DNA from: Bugula neritina
Lineage: Eukaryota > Animalia > Bryozoa
Direction of reading: 5' to 3'
Length of the DNA: 64,000 nucleotides
Assembly (NCBI GenBank): GCA_964035545.1
Contig: OZ037767.1
Location: 29,466,628 to 29,530,627 of the forward strand
The notes under the pieces were generated by a model. The model ran no database searches and was not told where the DNA came from. It saw nothing but the letters and a program-made list of their open reading frames with translations. Below are positions 16,248 to 37,610 of the stretch, piece after piece. The position numbers were made by a program, and so were the translations under genes. Every line of letters begins with the position of its first letter. Within the stretch, counting starts at the first letter, position 1.

Positions 16248-16791
16248 CTTGCATGAAAGTAGCTCTTTGAAAGGAAAATGTTAGTAATTAGCTAATCTAA
16301 TGCACGATGATGATTGATTGACCTTTAACCTATTGATGCTCTGTAGCCTGCTGCCCTAGTGATCTCAAGCTGCTGTTGAAGACTGCTGAGCAAGTAGATA
16401 AAAAAGTACAAAGATTCAACAAGCGCAAGCTTTCACAAGTCAGTTATAAAGTTTATTATTTGTGTACAGAAACTTTCCCAATATAAGCAAATATAAGGCT
16501 CCTTTATTGCTACTTGAGACTCACTTTGCTTTAAAAATGTCAAACCTTTATGATAAACTACAGTTTGGCTAAAAACTAGGAACTAAAGTGGGCAATATTA
16601 AAATTCTTCAAATGTCTACGAAGTAAGAAGACAGGATAATGCAAGCAAATCTGCAAATTACAAAGCAGGTGCAGAAATCATTTTTTAAAAGTCTACACTG
16701 TTAAATGAAAAAGATAGCTGAAGAAGTTATGCTCTCATGACATTTGTACCAAGAGCAACTTATAGCATCAATCAAGTGAAAATTGGCCGAT

Positions 16792-16839
16792 TTGAGCAGC
16801 TGCAGCTGCAGCAGCTGCTGCTGCTGGTGGTGGTGGTTT

Positions 16840-16912
<73 letters not shown>

Positions 16913-17012
16913 GTGTGTGTGTGTGTGTGTGTGTTGTGTGTGTGTGTTGTGTGTGTGTGTGAGCGTGTGCGTGCGTGTGCGTGTACGTGTGCGTGTGTGT
17001 GTGTGTGTGTGT
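16792..17012. repeat. (CAG/CTG)n followed by a (GT)n compound microsatellite
   Basis: Directly visible. Confidence 0.95.
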
Positions 17013-17956
17013 TTGGAGCACTAAAAGGTTTAGAATGCTGATACAGCGTCATTCAAACTTTTTCTCAGTCTTTGAATTAGTATCCGTAAATACTGCACCT
17101 GCTGTTTTCAATGGCAATAATACTGTAAGACAAAGTCTCTATAATTACAGAGATAATACACATATAGTAGATTTAAGAATAATATAAAGATAATATTATA
17201 ATGGCAAAAAGGGCATTTGCTAGCAAAGCTTTATGAAGCAATATGAGGAAATCCACATGTTGTCATCTTCTCCAAAATTAATAGAATCACTAAGTTGCAA
17301 CGTCATTGTTTACAAAAAATATAAAATAATTCAACAAAAAATACTTGATTATGAATTCTATAAATATAGTTCATACGTCACAACCAAAAGATTTTCAACG
17401 ACATTTTTCTAATCCACTTATTTTTCATCTGTATTTATAGTGTAGTGGCCTACATAAATCTAGCTAGAGTCATTTGTACAAGAAATAAAACATTTTCAAC
17501 TTTAAACTAATCTTGTTATGAATTATATGGTAGATTATTGTATGAAATTCACAATGGATACATAAAATAGCATAAACTAAAACAGGAGCTGCTCTGCTCA
17601 AACTACTATGGTATCAAAGTTAATTATTCCGCACGTTTACAAAGTATTTACTGCAAAAGTTTTCAAAACATCGAAGCAGAAAATCTTTCTTCAATTCCAG
17701 TTTCTTTTGCCATTTTCAAAACAAATATTTTTGGAATTGTAAATTGTTTTTTTTTACTGAAAAAAAAAGATCAAACCTCATCAAAAGCCAAAGCCCCAAT
17801 TACTACGTTTTTGTGCAAATCTGTAAAAAATTACTTATTGATATATCTTTTAATTCCATATTATATGACTCACCAAAACTAAGGATTTAGGTATATAAAT
17901 ATAGTTTACACATTATTAAGCAGAGATTAAGCAAGAATTGCAACTTCATCAATTAG

Positions 17957-17970
17957 TATAAATATATAAA
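17957..17970 (+). promoter_or_regulatory. Candidate TATA box of WAP/antistasin gene 1
   Basis: TATAAATATATAAA about 50 bp upstream of the ATG at 18014. Confidence 0.45.
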
Positions 17971-18013
17971 GTGCTAGAGTGAACTCAACCACATATAATT
18001 CAAAGCACAGACG

Positions 18014-21000
18014 ATGGCAGTGTTGAAATCTTTGCTACCACTTCTTGCCTTGCTTTATCTCCTTTCTCTCACTCAGGCTATCGATTGTAAGTAAAGAGTA
18101 GATAACTTCTTGGCTACTAAAATGTGCATTTATTCTGTTGAAATTTAAAATTTATCTGAAACTATTATGGTGAAAGTGAAACATAAAAAATGTACAACTT
18201 TGAGTGATGGTTAGCAATACTTAAGCAATTGCTTTTTTTCTAATCAGAAAAGTTGTTAAATTAATTACTGAGGCAGTTTATATAATTTAGAAAGTGAATT
18301 TGTTAAAATTCTGCCTAATATTAAATAAGATTTTCAAGAATAGTGATTAAACATAACACATCAAATACAAAACACTAGGAATAATTTAATTATTTTGCTG
18401 TACAAAATTTACATTTTATGCCACTAAATGAAAAATTGTGCATAATACTTTACCTTTATGCTGGTTAGTTCTATAATTTTTTATTGTTGAGCATTTGGGC
18501 TGCTTTTTAATAAATAAACTCGCTATACCGTTGCAAGCTTTTACACAGCATTAACTACCCAAATATATACAATTCATCTATGTAAAGGTTTAGTGTTTAA
18601 ATTAAAGAATATAAAAATATAAATTAGTAGTAAACAAAAGTAACTCAGCTGTATAATTGTATAAATTTACCTGTCAATGCATTTTAGACTTTTTACAGAT
18701 CAAATTCAAACAATATAATTACCAAATTTTTTTTTAGCTCACTGCCCTCATGTGAAATGCCGACCTTGTCCATACGGATACAAGACAGATCATTACGGCT
18801 GTAAAACCTGCCAATGTTTAGGTAATATATTGTTATTTTATATACTTAGGATAATTTTATGTGTTTTCTATAACAAATGCGAACTTATATTTCTGGAAAT
18901 CTCAGCAACATTTTTTCTCATCGGACAATTTTAAAATGTGTGAGAATGATGAGCATAAAAGGTAGATAGGAATGAATATAATAATAAAATAATAAAATAA
19001 TATATAATAGTATTGAATAATATAGTATAATACCTTTATATATGCATTAATTATATCTACAATTGTGAATAAAAGTAGCTCAGATGTAATTGTTGTATAA
19101 AGTTACTTGTCAATGCATTTTATATACATTTTACTAGTCAAATTCAAATGGTATCGATGATAAGTTATTTTTTAGACCATTGCCCTCTAGTGAAATGCCG
19201 ACATTGTCCATACGGATACAAGAGAGATCATTACGGTTGTAAAACCTGCCAATGTTTAGGTAATTTACTCATTTCATATTTTGGATAATTTTACGTGTTC
19301 CCATATTAGATGTAAACTTTTTTTCTGGAAACTTCAGCAATATTGTTTCTCATCAAACAATTAAAATGTGTGAGATTGATGAGTATAAAAAGGTATATTA
19401 TATCTGTAAATACAATAATAGTAAAATATATAATTGTAGTATAAGGATATAATACATTATCACATCTGCATTATTTATATATATATACACTTAAAGAGAC
19501 CAATCTGCCATGTGCTTAGAGAATAATGCTAGAGCTGCAGAGTATTTGACTTTAACACAGGCAAACTAATTAAAAACTCAGTACACTATTTACTACAGCA
19601 TAAATATCTTTAGTAAGCTTGCTATATCTAAGAACCAACATCAGCCTCACACGAATATGTTCTTATAGGGTTGCGAGTTTAGAATTATTGGGAGTTTATA
19701 TTAATTTTAACACATTTAATTTTATGCATTGCACAGTTTTTATTTTTAAAATTCTTGGGATGAGTTAAATTAAATGACTATATCTCCATCTTTAAAATAT
19801 TGTATATTGTTTGGCATATAAGTTGCTATAAACAGTTTAAATGTTGTACAACACTACAGACTGCCCCAAAAGAAATCCTTGTGTTGCCGTATTCTGCCCA
19901 AGGCACACAACTCCTACAGTAATAACTCCCCGGAACGAATGCCCCAGATGTCATTGTGGTGAGCTCAATTATTACTATAAGTAAAATATAACACATATAC
20001 TCAATAAAATAACATATTTGCTTGAAATTCAAACAGCTTATCAAATTTGAATTTAATTTCTTATATACTTTAAGAGTAGCAGGAGCTCAGTTATTAAAGT
20101 AACATTCCCTTTGATTATGGTCATTTACGGCCACTACTACTAGTTCACCAAATAGGATGTAAAATTTAAATAAAAGGGGTAGCAACTTCTAAATTCATGA
20201 AGATACCTGTTTATAGAGCATGTTTAGAATTTTGCTATGTAATTAAAACTACTTTTAAAACAAGTTTGCACCATAAATGTGTAAAAAGTGTTGTAACCAT
20301 GAATTCTACAAATTATTATTAAACTTTTCAGCAGAAATACCCCCAAAGGATAAACCTGGCAGGTGTCCAAGACTGGCACCTGACCACACTGGATATTGCG
20401 TCGCGCAGTGTATAAATGACCACTCTTGCCCAGGAGAGCAGAAATGTTGTGGAGGCTGTCCAAAGAAATGTGTGAACCCTGTCCAGACTGGAACACCTTT
20501 AAACAAGTAATTATTCTAAACAATACTGTAGTTTTTATCTGTTATACCTATCAATATCTTCCATTTCTTTAATTAATATAAAAAAACTCACGCAAGTTTA
20601 TAGTCGCTATCCCTGTGAGAAACAAACCCCTGATGGAAAGGGTTTTCGATAGAACAGGCTAAGGACTTGTTCAAATGAGGCACAGGAGCAATTATGACTG
20701 GATGCTCTTCCTAACATCACCAATGGCCGTTGTCGGGGTTCGAACCCACAACTTCGTGTTTACAAAGCGAACGCTTTAACCCCTAGACCACGGCTGCTTC
20801 CTCCATTTCTTTAATATAAATGCTTGGTTAAAATTTACCTTTTGCAGTGAGTGTAGTAGCAGAAGACCACTGACTGTCTCCACATGCATTCCCAAAACAA
20901 GAACTAGGGGAGAAGGGTGGTGTTCATCAAACTTTGACTGCAGAGGAAGTTCTATTTGCTGCGGGGCTACAGATAGGTGTTATGGAATGTGTACCGGTTC

Positions 21001-21025
21001 TCGAAGATCATCATTGGCCAGTTGA
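18014..21025 (+). CDS. Secreted antistasin + WAP protein, gene 1 (signal peptide, 3 antistasin-like, 2 WAP). Exons: 18014-18086, 18738-18821, 19176-19259, 19860-19958, 20332-20506, 20848-21025
   Basis: Signal peptide MAVLKSLLPLLALLYLLSLTQA. Phase-1 exons CPHVKCRPCPYGYKTDHYGCKTCQC (two near copies) and CPKRNPCVAVFCP...CPRCHC. WAP KPGRCP...CVAQCINDHSCPGEQKCCGGCPKKC. Divergent terminal WAP ...WCSSNFDCRGSSICCGATDRCYGMC, then stop. Confidence 0.85.
20574..20801 (-). mobile_element. tRNA-derived SINE in an intron
   Basis: Minus-strand head GCAGCCGTGGTCTAGGGGTTAAAGCG...GGGTTCGAACCC carries A and B boxes. It is flanked by a 14-bp direct repeat TCCATTTCTTTAAT (20560-20573 and 20802-20815). Confidence 0.8.
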
Positions 21026-22139
21026 AATAATTTTGGAAGCTTTTAACTTTCATATACACTTAGATTTAAGTTTTTTGTGTCTTAAAAGCTGCTTTTGTGT
21101 TATTAATATTGAATGTGATTATTGCACAATATGAAGCAACATCTATAAATGTTATCAAATATATATTAATACCATCAAACTATAACGATTCCATTATATT
21201 CATTATTATTGGTAAAGATCTTTGGAACAACATTGCCAGACAATACAATTGCTCTACAGTCTACACTCAACTAATACAACATTGTATGTCATGTGCTATC
21301 ACCTGTAATAACTCTTATTTACAAATGTATACATGCAAACATGACAGATATAGAATTAGATTTGAAACAAAAAGCAATTTTCATCAGTATTTAGTCATTA
21401 CACTAGAATAGCTGTATGTTGCTGCATCTTCCATCTCATACTTATTCGTGATTATAATACTGTAACACCACTTGTTGCAGTAGAGGTCTTTGTAAATCAA
21501 GGTGCTCAAAAAACAGTTTAATGGTGCAATATAAAGCTACTATATAATATAAATATGCCTGCTTTTGCCTGGCCTATACAATTCACGCATCTGATAAATG
21601 AACTTATTCAAGCAATTTGAAAGTAATGTAAATATGTATCAAATATAAAAATTGATAATAAAACATATCATGGCATGGTATTATAATGGTATAGTGATAA
21701 TATCATGATATGGTATTAGTTAGGGCAATATAATGGGATGGTATTATGAAGATCTGATGATACTGCACAGAGCAAATACTTCAAAGCAAAACAAACTTAA
21801 CACAGATTATCCTTTGTTGACCTGAACCCTGGTACTGAAGTGGTACAGCATTACACTGAACCGCTGCCTACATATTGAGTCTATTGAATATATTTTTATA
21901 TCTTTGTGAACTCCAATGGTCAATCAACTCTATAGTATGTATACAGATAAAAGTTAATACAAAACAAACGAAAGTTAATACAGGACAAACAGAACTCAAT
22001 ACCTTTCAACATTTACATAATGCTGCATACAAATATATTGTTCCGAGTATTACGTCAGAAGGTAAGCTGCACTCTTCATCAATGTGATATTATAGACTGG
22101 ATTGCAAGGCTGTGTGTTTAAATCCAGTCAGCCATTACA

Positions 22140-29750
<7,611 letters not shown>

Positions 29751-30462
29751 GTAAATTGCATAAAATTTTTTTGCCCTCTTGCCCTTTCTACACTTTGCAT
29801 GCCGCATTAAGTATGTTTGTAACATTTGATGGAGTGCTTATATATGAATTTTCAAACTACCGCTTGTAGCATTGATGAATGAAAATGAAATGCTGTGCGT
29901 ATTGGGATACGAGATGAAATCTTTAAAACAACAAACATAATTGATAACCTATCAAATAATGCTATATTAAACTTTTTCAAAATATTTTAAAACATGAAAG
30001 CTTTAATTGTAAATTGTTTTTGCAAGTAGTTAGAGCAAGCATTTTACAAAATATATTTTTGTGAGAAAAATGATGAAATTACTTATGCTTATAATTAATA
30101 TACTGTGTAATTTATCCTTCAGTAAACTAGAAGACAAAAAGTGAAACGTGATATTCAGAAGTTTTGTCACTTTAAATCCATGGATCTGCAGAGAATCTAC
30201 AAGAAATAATGAAACTGCTAAACTTTGAGTGTAAAAGTTTTCCATCAGATGATGGGTTTAAGAACTTTGCAAAATGTGCACACTATATTAATATCTATTA
30301 TCATATATTATTCTATATTTAGCTCCCATTTCTTTTAAATTTTTATGAAGCTGTAAGAAATTTTTCAGAAAATATTTTTTAAAAAAGCTATTTTCGAAAG
30401 TGCATAAATTATTTTATGTGGAACAAGAAATATATATTATATTAATTGATTCCCCAGTATAT

Positions 30463-33400
30463 GTGACCAGTCGCGACAAAACCGGGGATGTGGCGGCGTT
30501 TATAAAGTGTAGTAAATGAAGGTTTAATTTGGAAATACTTAAATTTGATATTAATTTCCAGTTTTTAGGTTTTGAACTTTTCTAATACAAAAAAATCCAA
30601 GGATTTCAAAAATCATACTTTTGTAAGCATTTGATGATTCCTTCAGCTCTAAAATTGCACTTAAAGTTGGTAACTAAGGCGTTCAATTTTTTAAATGATG
30701 AAAAAATTGGGAAGTTATCAAACAAAGAAAGAAGACAATTTTAGTCATTTTCATAGCGTGAGATCTTGCAAATTTATTTTTTATCAAATGAATTTAGCTT
30801 GCACCTCTTTCTTCGCATTGTCAGAAGCATCGTATTTAAAATCTAAGGCTAGTTTTAGTTTTTCATCGTGTTCCATCCAAAGTTAGCTTTTAAGTTACTG
30901 AGCTGTTTTGCCCTTTGGTGATAAATGCTAAACTTAATCTTTATCTTTAGCGTTCAAGCTTGAAAATCACAACAATACAGGTAATTATACTCAAAACCAT
31001 CATTTACGCTACTAACTTAGAATTGTTGCCAGGATTATTTGTAGTTATCAATTTATTAATATTCATACTGATACTATCACTATGACTAGGACTAGGAGTA
31101 TGTCGATTCTATACTATTACTAGTAACTATTTAAATGACTCACAGTTTGAGGTACGGTTACTCATAATGATAATCATAATGAATATCATTCATAATTTAC
31201 TGATACTGGTATTTGGCAGTAAAACCAAATGTAGCTCATTAATATTAATACTAATAGTAATAGTATAAGATTAAGTAATGATTAATAATTAAATTCACTA
31301 TTTGAGTCTGACTCTGAGTTTCGCCTTACTTATAGTTGCTTGACTTACTTGAAGATGCAATCACGTTAGACCACTAGATTAGTGTAAGCACTTGATACTC
31401 ATACTGATAATATTATATTTGTTGATTTATTCTATAGTTGATATTTAAATTTACATTCACATTGGAGTTACTCTTAGTAACTTTTAGTTTTAGCCTCTGT
31501 CTTAGATTTTGTCAATACAGTTACTGATTACTATTAGTATTATTATTAACATTAGGCCTACTAGTCAAACTACCATTTCCTTTTGTGATTTTTAAATTAG
31601 CTCAAAGTTTGATTTAAAATATAATGATAAAATCTTTATCACATTATGCACGCTCACAGTTGCTGTCAAAACTCAATTGATAATCCTATTTATATTGATA
31701 AAAGCATCACCTCTAACCAAATTGAAATGGTAAATGTGATTAAATGTAAATGAGTATAATGATGAAATATTAATGCGAGTTCATGGTGATTCTATAGTTG
31801 ACTGACTTAGTTCTTCAGTAAGTTACTTTTAGTCTTATTTAGTGAGTAGTAACACTAACTGAATGCATAAATACTCTAAACTTTTTTATTTGATTATAAA
31901 GGATGAGCAAACATTTATTCATATTTTAAAGTAATTTATTGAATTCAAATTGATTTTTATAGTAAATGTCTTAAATATATTCAGTTGCACTTAGCTAGCT
32001 TTTTTACTCGATTAAATGCCTGAGTGGTTAATAGTTATCGAAAGACATTGCTTCAAAATTGCCAATTGCAGATATGCTAGATATTCAAGTGCATAATGTG
32101 TAATTTTACTGATAATACTATGTTAATATAGAATAATCCGATATTCTGTACATTTTAGAAAGTGGACTTATGAGAGCATTAGAGTGAAGACTTATACCTA
32201 CACAACTCTATTACCTATCAATCTAACACTTCTAATGTAGAATTTTGGCTTGCAAAGTTATGGCTTCTGCTTATTTCATTCATAAAAAAGGTTTGCAGTC
32301 TTTTAATGATGTGCTTGAAAATTTTCAACAATTTTTTAATTTAAATTGTTCTGTTTAATTCAATAAATTTAAATGTTGATAAAATGCAGGATGACAATTA
32401 ACTGCTGCCATAATAATACCACAAGAGTGTTTAACCAACTAAATTTTTATAATATAAAGTTCTGCGTATAATTTCTAATCAAGCTACCGTTTTCTTTTGT
32501 TATTTAAAGAAGTCAACATTGTACTTGCAGCTCTGGAATAGACAATAGATGAGTAGATTGGCAGGATGGATGTCAAGTAGCAGCATCTATAATTGCTAGA
32601 AAATCAGCTGATGATAGTGATGAAGCTTTTGCCACATACATGATGTTATGTGTCCATACTCCGTAAACTCATATTATGGAGACCAAGGACGTAGAAAGAT
32701 GAAAAGTGCCTTTTTTGCAAAAACCGTAGAAGCTACCTAATTTTCTTTTCTTGATTAGAGTTAATTCAAGCATAATGGTTGTATTCAGGCTGGATTTTTT
32801 ACTGCATTTAATTAGTTTTTTAAAATAATGTATTTGATTTTTTAAATGTGAATATTAATGCCTAATAAAACTCAAAAGTTCTAATAGCTGATTTTATGTT
32901 TATATTTTCAACACCTCAGCCAAATCAATTGCTAAATTTAGTTGCCGTTAGAGATTATAAAGATATTTATGAATGAATCTCGAATGATCTCATAATAGTC
33001 AAATAATTTTCTCATAAGTGTTCTACTCATTAAGCAATAACTATGGAACAGCACAGCTCAATAGCTGCAGTTTGACATATTACACAATATATTAGAGGAG
33101 AGGAAGATATTCAACGTATAACAGGAAGCAGCTGCCATTTTGTTTTATATGACTTCCTGCTGACTTGGATGCCTAATTTAAATATCTCAACACACAAACT
33201 TGCTGAAACATCCTCTTCTTTGCTGGAATTGTTAAACTTTTCAATCATTAAACAAAGTAAAAAGCAAATTGACAAATAAGTTAGACAAAAGGTTTGGCGA
33301 CCATATTTGACCTAATTTTATGTTGAGGCAGCATGAAATTTAGTTTAACAGAAAGCCCAAACTTTCACAATTATTTTGATACCAAATTTGTCACTATTCC

Positions 33401-33677
33401 TATTATACAAAGACCCGTTGCTAAGGCTTGTAAATTGTAAACAAATAATTCTCAAATTATTCTAGAGTTGCCAACTTTAAATGCGATTTTCTCGAAACAG
33501 TAATTTAGAAATTCTAAAAACGTTAAAGTTTTTAAATACTAATATCTCGAGTTCTATTTATGCTAGAGACTTCAAATAAAGTGCAAAATGTTCGAAAAAG
33601 TCTGCTCTATCACTCCACAGTAATAACTAGGTTTTCAACATTTTATATACATCCCTTGTTTTGTGGTGCCAGGTCAC
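30463..33677. mobile_element. Non-autonomous TIR DNA transposon, ~3.2 kb, superfamily uncertain
   Basis: Left end GTGACCAGTCGCGACAAAACCGGGGATGT versus the reverse complement of the right end GTGACCTGGCACCACAAAACAAGGGATGT. ATAT flanks both ends (30459-30462 and 33678-33681). Confidence 0.7.
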
Positions 33678-35861
33678 ATATGTTACCTGTCATAATTTTT
33701 GTCGTGTTATTTAGTTGCCTCAGAGTTAACTATTCCATATCTTTTAAATAAACTTCTATAAGTCATGATATTCATGAATGATAATAGAAGTTACCTGTAC
33801 AATTCAAATATGAACTAAGGATTGAGCTACTTTAGAAGTTAACTTTTATTATAGTAGTTATCTACTCTTTTCATGCAAGCTAGCAAGGGTAAATAACTCT
33901 CTCTATAAGCTGACATCTCATTTAACGTGCAATACGCTTTCATTAATTTTTGGCTTGTATAAATTATCAAATACATTTAGGTTTTACATGTTCAATGAGA
34001 AATGTATAAAAAGTAGTAAAATAGTGAAAAATGAGAAGTATCGTGTAATTAATATTCTAAAATTAGCGGCCTTAAATTTTCAATTATTACCATTATTTTA
34101 GAAATAATTAAATCATCACTTAGCAAGCCTTTTCAGCATTTTAGATGGAAAGCAGACCATATTTAATAAGGCAACAATTACCACCCTTTGGTTTTATCCT
34201 CTTTGCAAGAGTCAGCCATGCCAGTTAATAGAAGTCTTTTTACATATCTATATATCATTTTATTATAAAGAAGCTGATGGCGCATAGCCATGCTATCAGC
34301 TATTCTTTATTATAGAAAGAAAAAGGAAATCTCCACTATGCTAATTGTTTACGGTCCGAAACCTCGTGCAATCTAGCTGCTGATATTAATATTGCATGGG
34401 GTTAGAAGATTTTTAGCAACCATATGATCAGTAAAGTTTTAGGCTATTTATTTTTTGTTGCAAAATAATCTTTACTCTGCCAGCTTTACAAAAAGTCACA
34501 AAAGAGATTCGTTCCCTTTACATCAGCACTAAAACTTTGCTCTAGGTTAGAAGAAGGTTCACGAATTAGCAGACTAGCCAGCTAAGACTTAGCTAACTGT
34601 TAATTAGTTGTTTAGCAAGTAAAATACCAGGTTACTATTCATAACAATCTACGCAATGAAAGGCTGAAATGCTAAGATATAATATTTACATTATTTACAT
34701 TGAATTATTACAATTACTACGCAATGTAATAAAGGTAGTTTTTGGACTCGCATGCAGAAAACCTGCGTCATGTGGCTCTACGCTTAGTTCAACGTTCGAG
34801 TCAACATCCGGGCTGCCAAAGCATAAAGCCACAGCCAATGGGTAAGGGCGAGCTGCTATGGGGTAACTATCTAATCAAAAACTAAGCGTAATGATAATTA
34901 GTTGTTGCAGGAATCAAGAGATGACCTACTTAAATTCAATGATTTTTTGTCACCTTTCCTGCCGGACTTAAATGCACAGATGACCTATTTAAATGCAACA
35001 ATATGATAAACGTAATGCTGAATACTCCATTGATTATTAGAGAACTGTCACAACTGTAGTATTTTGATTATTTGCTTCTAATAGCCCATATTCTTGTTCG
35101 TGGGGCTAAAAAATTAAATTTTTGTTTACTTCTGATATATTATTTGCACTCAACTCTCAAATATAAACTACTATAATAATATTATAGTAGGCATAGCAAA
35201 TAGAAAAGTCTTAAAGGAGGAGGAAATGAATCCTAATAGTATAACTTCATAAATTATGTATTACGAAACAAAGCTTTCTGTAAGAATATTATGAGAAAGA
35301 TTAATGGTTATACTGTAGTTACATTATAGCGAGCTGACAAGGAACTGGAAATTCCATCGAGTAATGGTGACTGCACAATCCGTATTAGTAGCTCTCGTTT
35401 ATAACTGTGTCAGTTAAATTTATATAGAATCTGTGATCTATTGATTACATGCGTAGTTTGTTTCTTTATTATATGCTGTTAACTCTCCAACAGTTTCTAT
35501 AGGCTGTTATATTAAAACGGTCTCAATATGACATAAGTCATAACTTAATCTAACAATGCTAAAATTGCTTTTACCATCTACACATGGGTAAAAAAAGTTC
35601 ATGTGTTATAGACATTCTTATGCTTATGCTTTTTATATGCTTGATAAAACAGGAAGAGTTGCAGAGTTCTCAAACTAAACACACTTGAAACTCTATCTTC
35701 ACAAAAGTAAGTTGCTTAATTGTTGCTATATTATAGTGATTATAGCTGATTTTTATCAGAAATCTAGGTAGGTTGACTTCAACTAAAAACATAATATCTT
35801 GCATTCAAAATAATAAGAAATATTATAGTACAGACTAACTAACAAGACTACACACTAAACT

Positions 35862-36258
35862 ATGGCAGAACCTGACAACATTCAGCAGGTGGTTGATATA
35901 GATGATGATGAAGATTGGTATGTAGATCTACAGACATCTTATAACTTGTAAGTTTACTTTTTATTTTTTAACATAACACCTATAATTAATGTATTTAACT
36001 GTCACATGTTAAATATTATATAAGAACAAGATGCAATATATTTAATTTAAGAATGAAATGATTACTGTCCGTTGAATGGGGTTGGTAGAATCTGCAGAAA
36101 TTTAGACTATTCTCTCAAGTAATAATAAATGTAGAGATAAATTAACTATAGTTAAGGTTGAAGGTTTAATTGTTGATAAGTTTGCTATATCATTATAATT
36201 ACATATTTGTAGAATAGTTTCAACTTCCAGATTCACCAACAGATTGCCATATAGTTAA
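35862..36258 (+). CDS. Microprotein copy 1, 43 aa: MAEPDNIQQVVDIDDDEDWYVDLQTSYN-LIVSTSRFTNRLPYS. Exons 35862-35947 and 36213-36258
   Basis: Strong Kozak context, GTAAGT donor, TTGTAG acceptor, phase-2 join; homologous to four other copies. Confidence 0.65.
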
Positions 36259-37610
36259 TAAGAGACTTTTTACTTTAATTCCAATCAACAGAGCAGAAGT
36301 TATAAAATAACTCTTCATAACATTTCAGTTTTATTATTATGATAATCATTTCAAAATTACATAATATTTTTATGGCATACAGCCCGTGTTGTAGATACAC
36401 TTTTAGCTAAGAGCTTTATTAAATTAGATTATAATTACTTTTTATAATATTTATTATGTAATACTTTTATTCAATATATGACTCACACATACTGTAATAG
36501 TATGCAGCATGAGCTATATCTAGCTGCATATCTTGTGCATCTCCGTCATAGCTTGTTTCTATTTGTACTTTTTGTTATACTGTGCAACTTTTATGTAAGC
36601 TCATGTTTTTTATTTAATTGTAATGTTTTACATTCTAATATATATGAATTACAGCATTCCTAACAAATAAATCAGGTCAAAGAGCTTTGCTCCTTCAGAT
36701 GCCACCAATGGATTATGTTGATTTTTGATTCCATGTAGAATATAAAAGCTAGTATATAGCCCTGGAAAGCACTCTGTAGAAAGCAAAACTCCCCAAAAAC
36801 TGAGAAAAGAGTAAGAGACTAAAGTGCTTTGCTCCTTGCCTTGTTTTAGTCGTAATTTCTAAATGTGTTACATGTGAAGGGTTTGAAATTTGTTTGATGT
36901 ATATAACTCTATAGGTACGTATGCATGTTCTTTAAAGCTAATGGCTTCCGTAACAATTTGCAGTTTATCCTTCCAGCTTATCAATTCTCATCAGTATGCT
37001 TATCATTTGCTATACTAATAGCAAAGAATATACCATATCTTTGTATGCCTTTATTATCTCTGTGCAAGTAAACAACTAACTGGCATGCATGCTATTACAT
37101 AGTTGTATATGTTCAAAAAGCTTATTGGTTATACTAAAGTGTGAAGCAAAAAATATTTGACTCAGTCAAAACATTTGTTGATATTATTCTGGGTATAACT
37201 AACCAAACTTCATAATTCAGGGTTACAGGGTTGCAGGGTTACAGTTTAGCCATCTTCATAAAACCATATCATTAACATAGTTGCTTATAGTCTCATCTAG
37301 TTGAATGGGAAGCATGACTTGATCCATAAGTCTTGCCATTTAACAGTTGGCTACTGGTAGTGAAGGACTAGCTTATGAGACGGCCACAGTTTAGGTCTAG
37401 GTAAAAGACTGACAGACTTATATTAGACGAGAACTAAAGAAGTAAGTTGCAGCACTATTACATGGTAAAATGTATTGTTTATTGCAGATATAACTATAGT
37501 GACTGTATTTTCTATCATTGGTCAATTAAAACATAAAAAAATTTTATATCAACGAAAATTCAATTTATTATAGCCATTAGACTGTTAATCATAGGATACT
37601 GGATACTGAA

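Noticed and set aside
16701-17187. His/Thr-, Cys/Val- and poly-Q/A ORFs
   Set aside because: Microsatellite translations with no splice or domain support.
20725-20797. tRNA gene
   Set aside because: It is part of a longer TSD-flanked element and has no convincing acceptor stem, so it is a SINE head.
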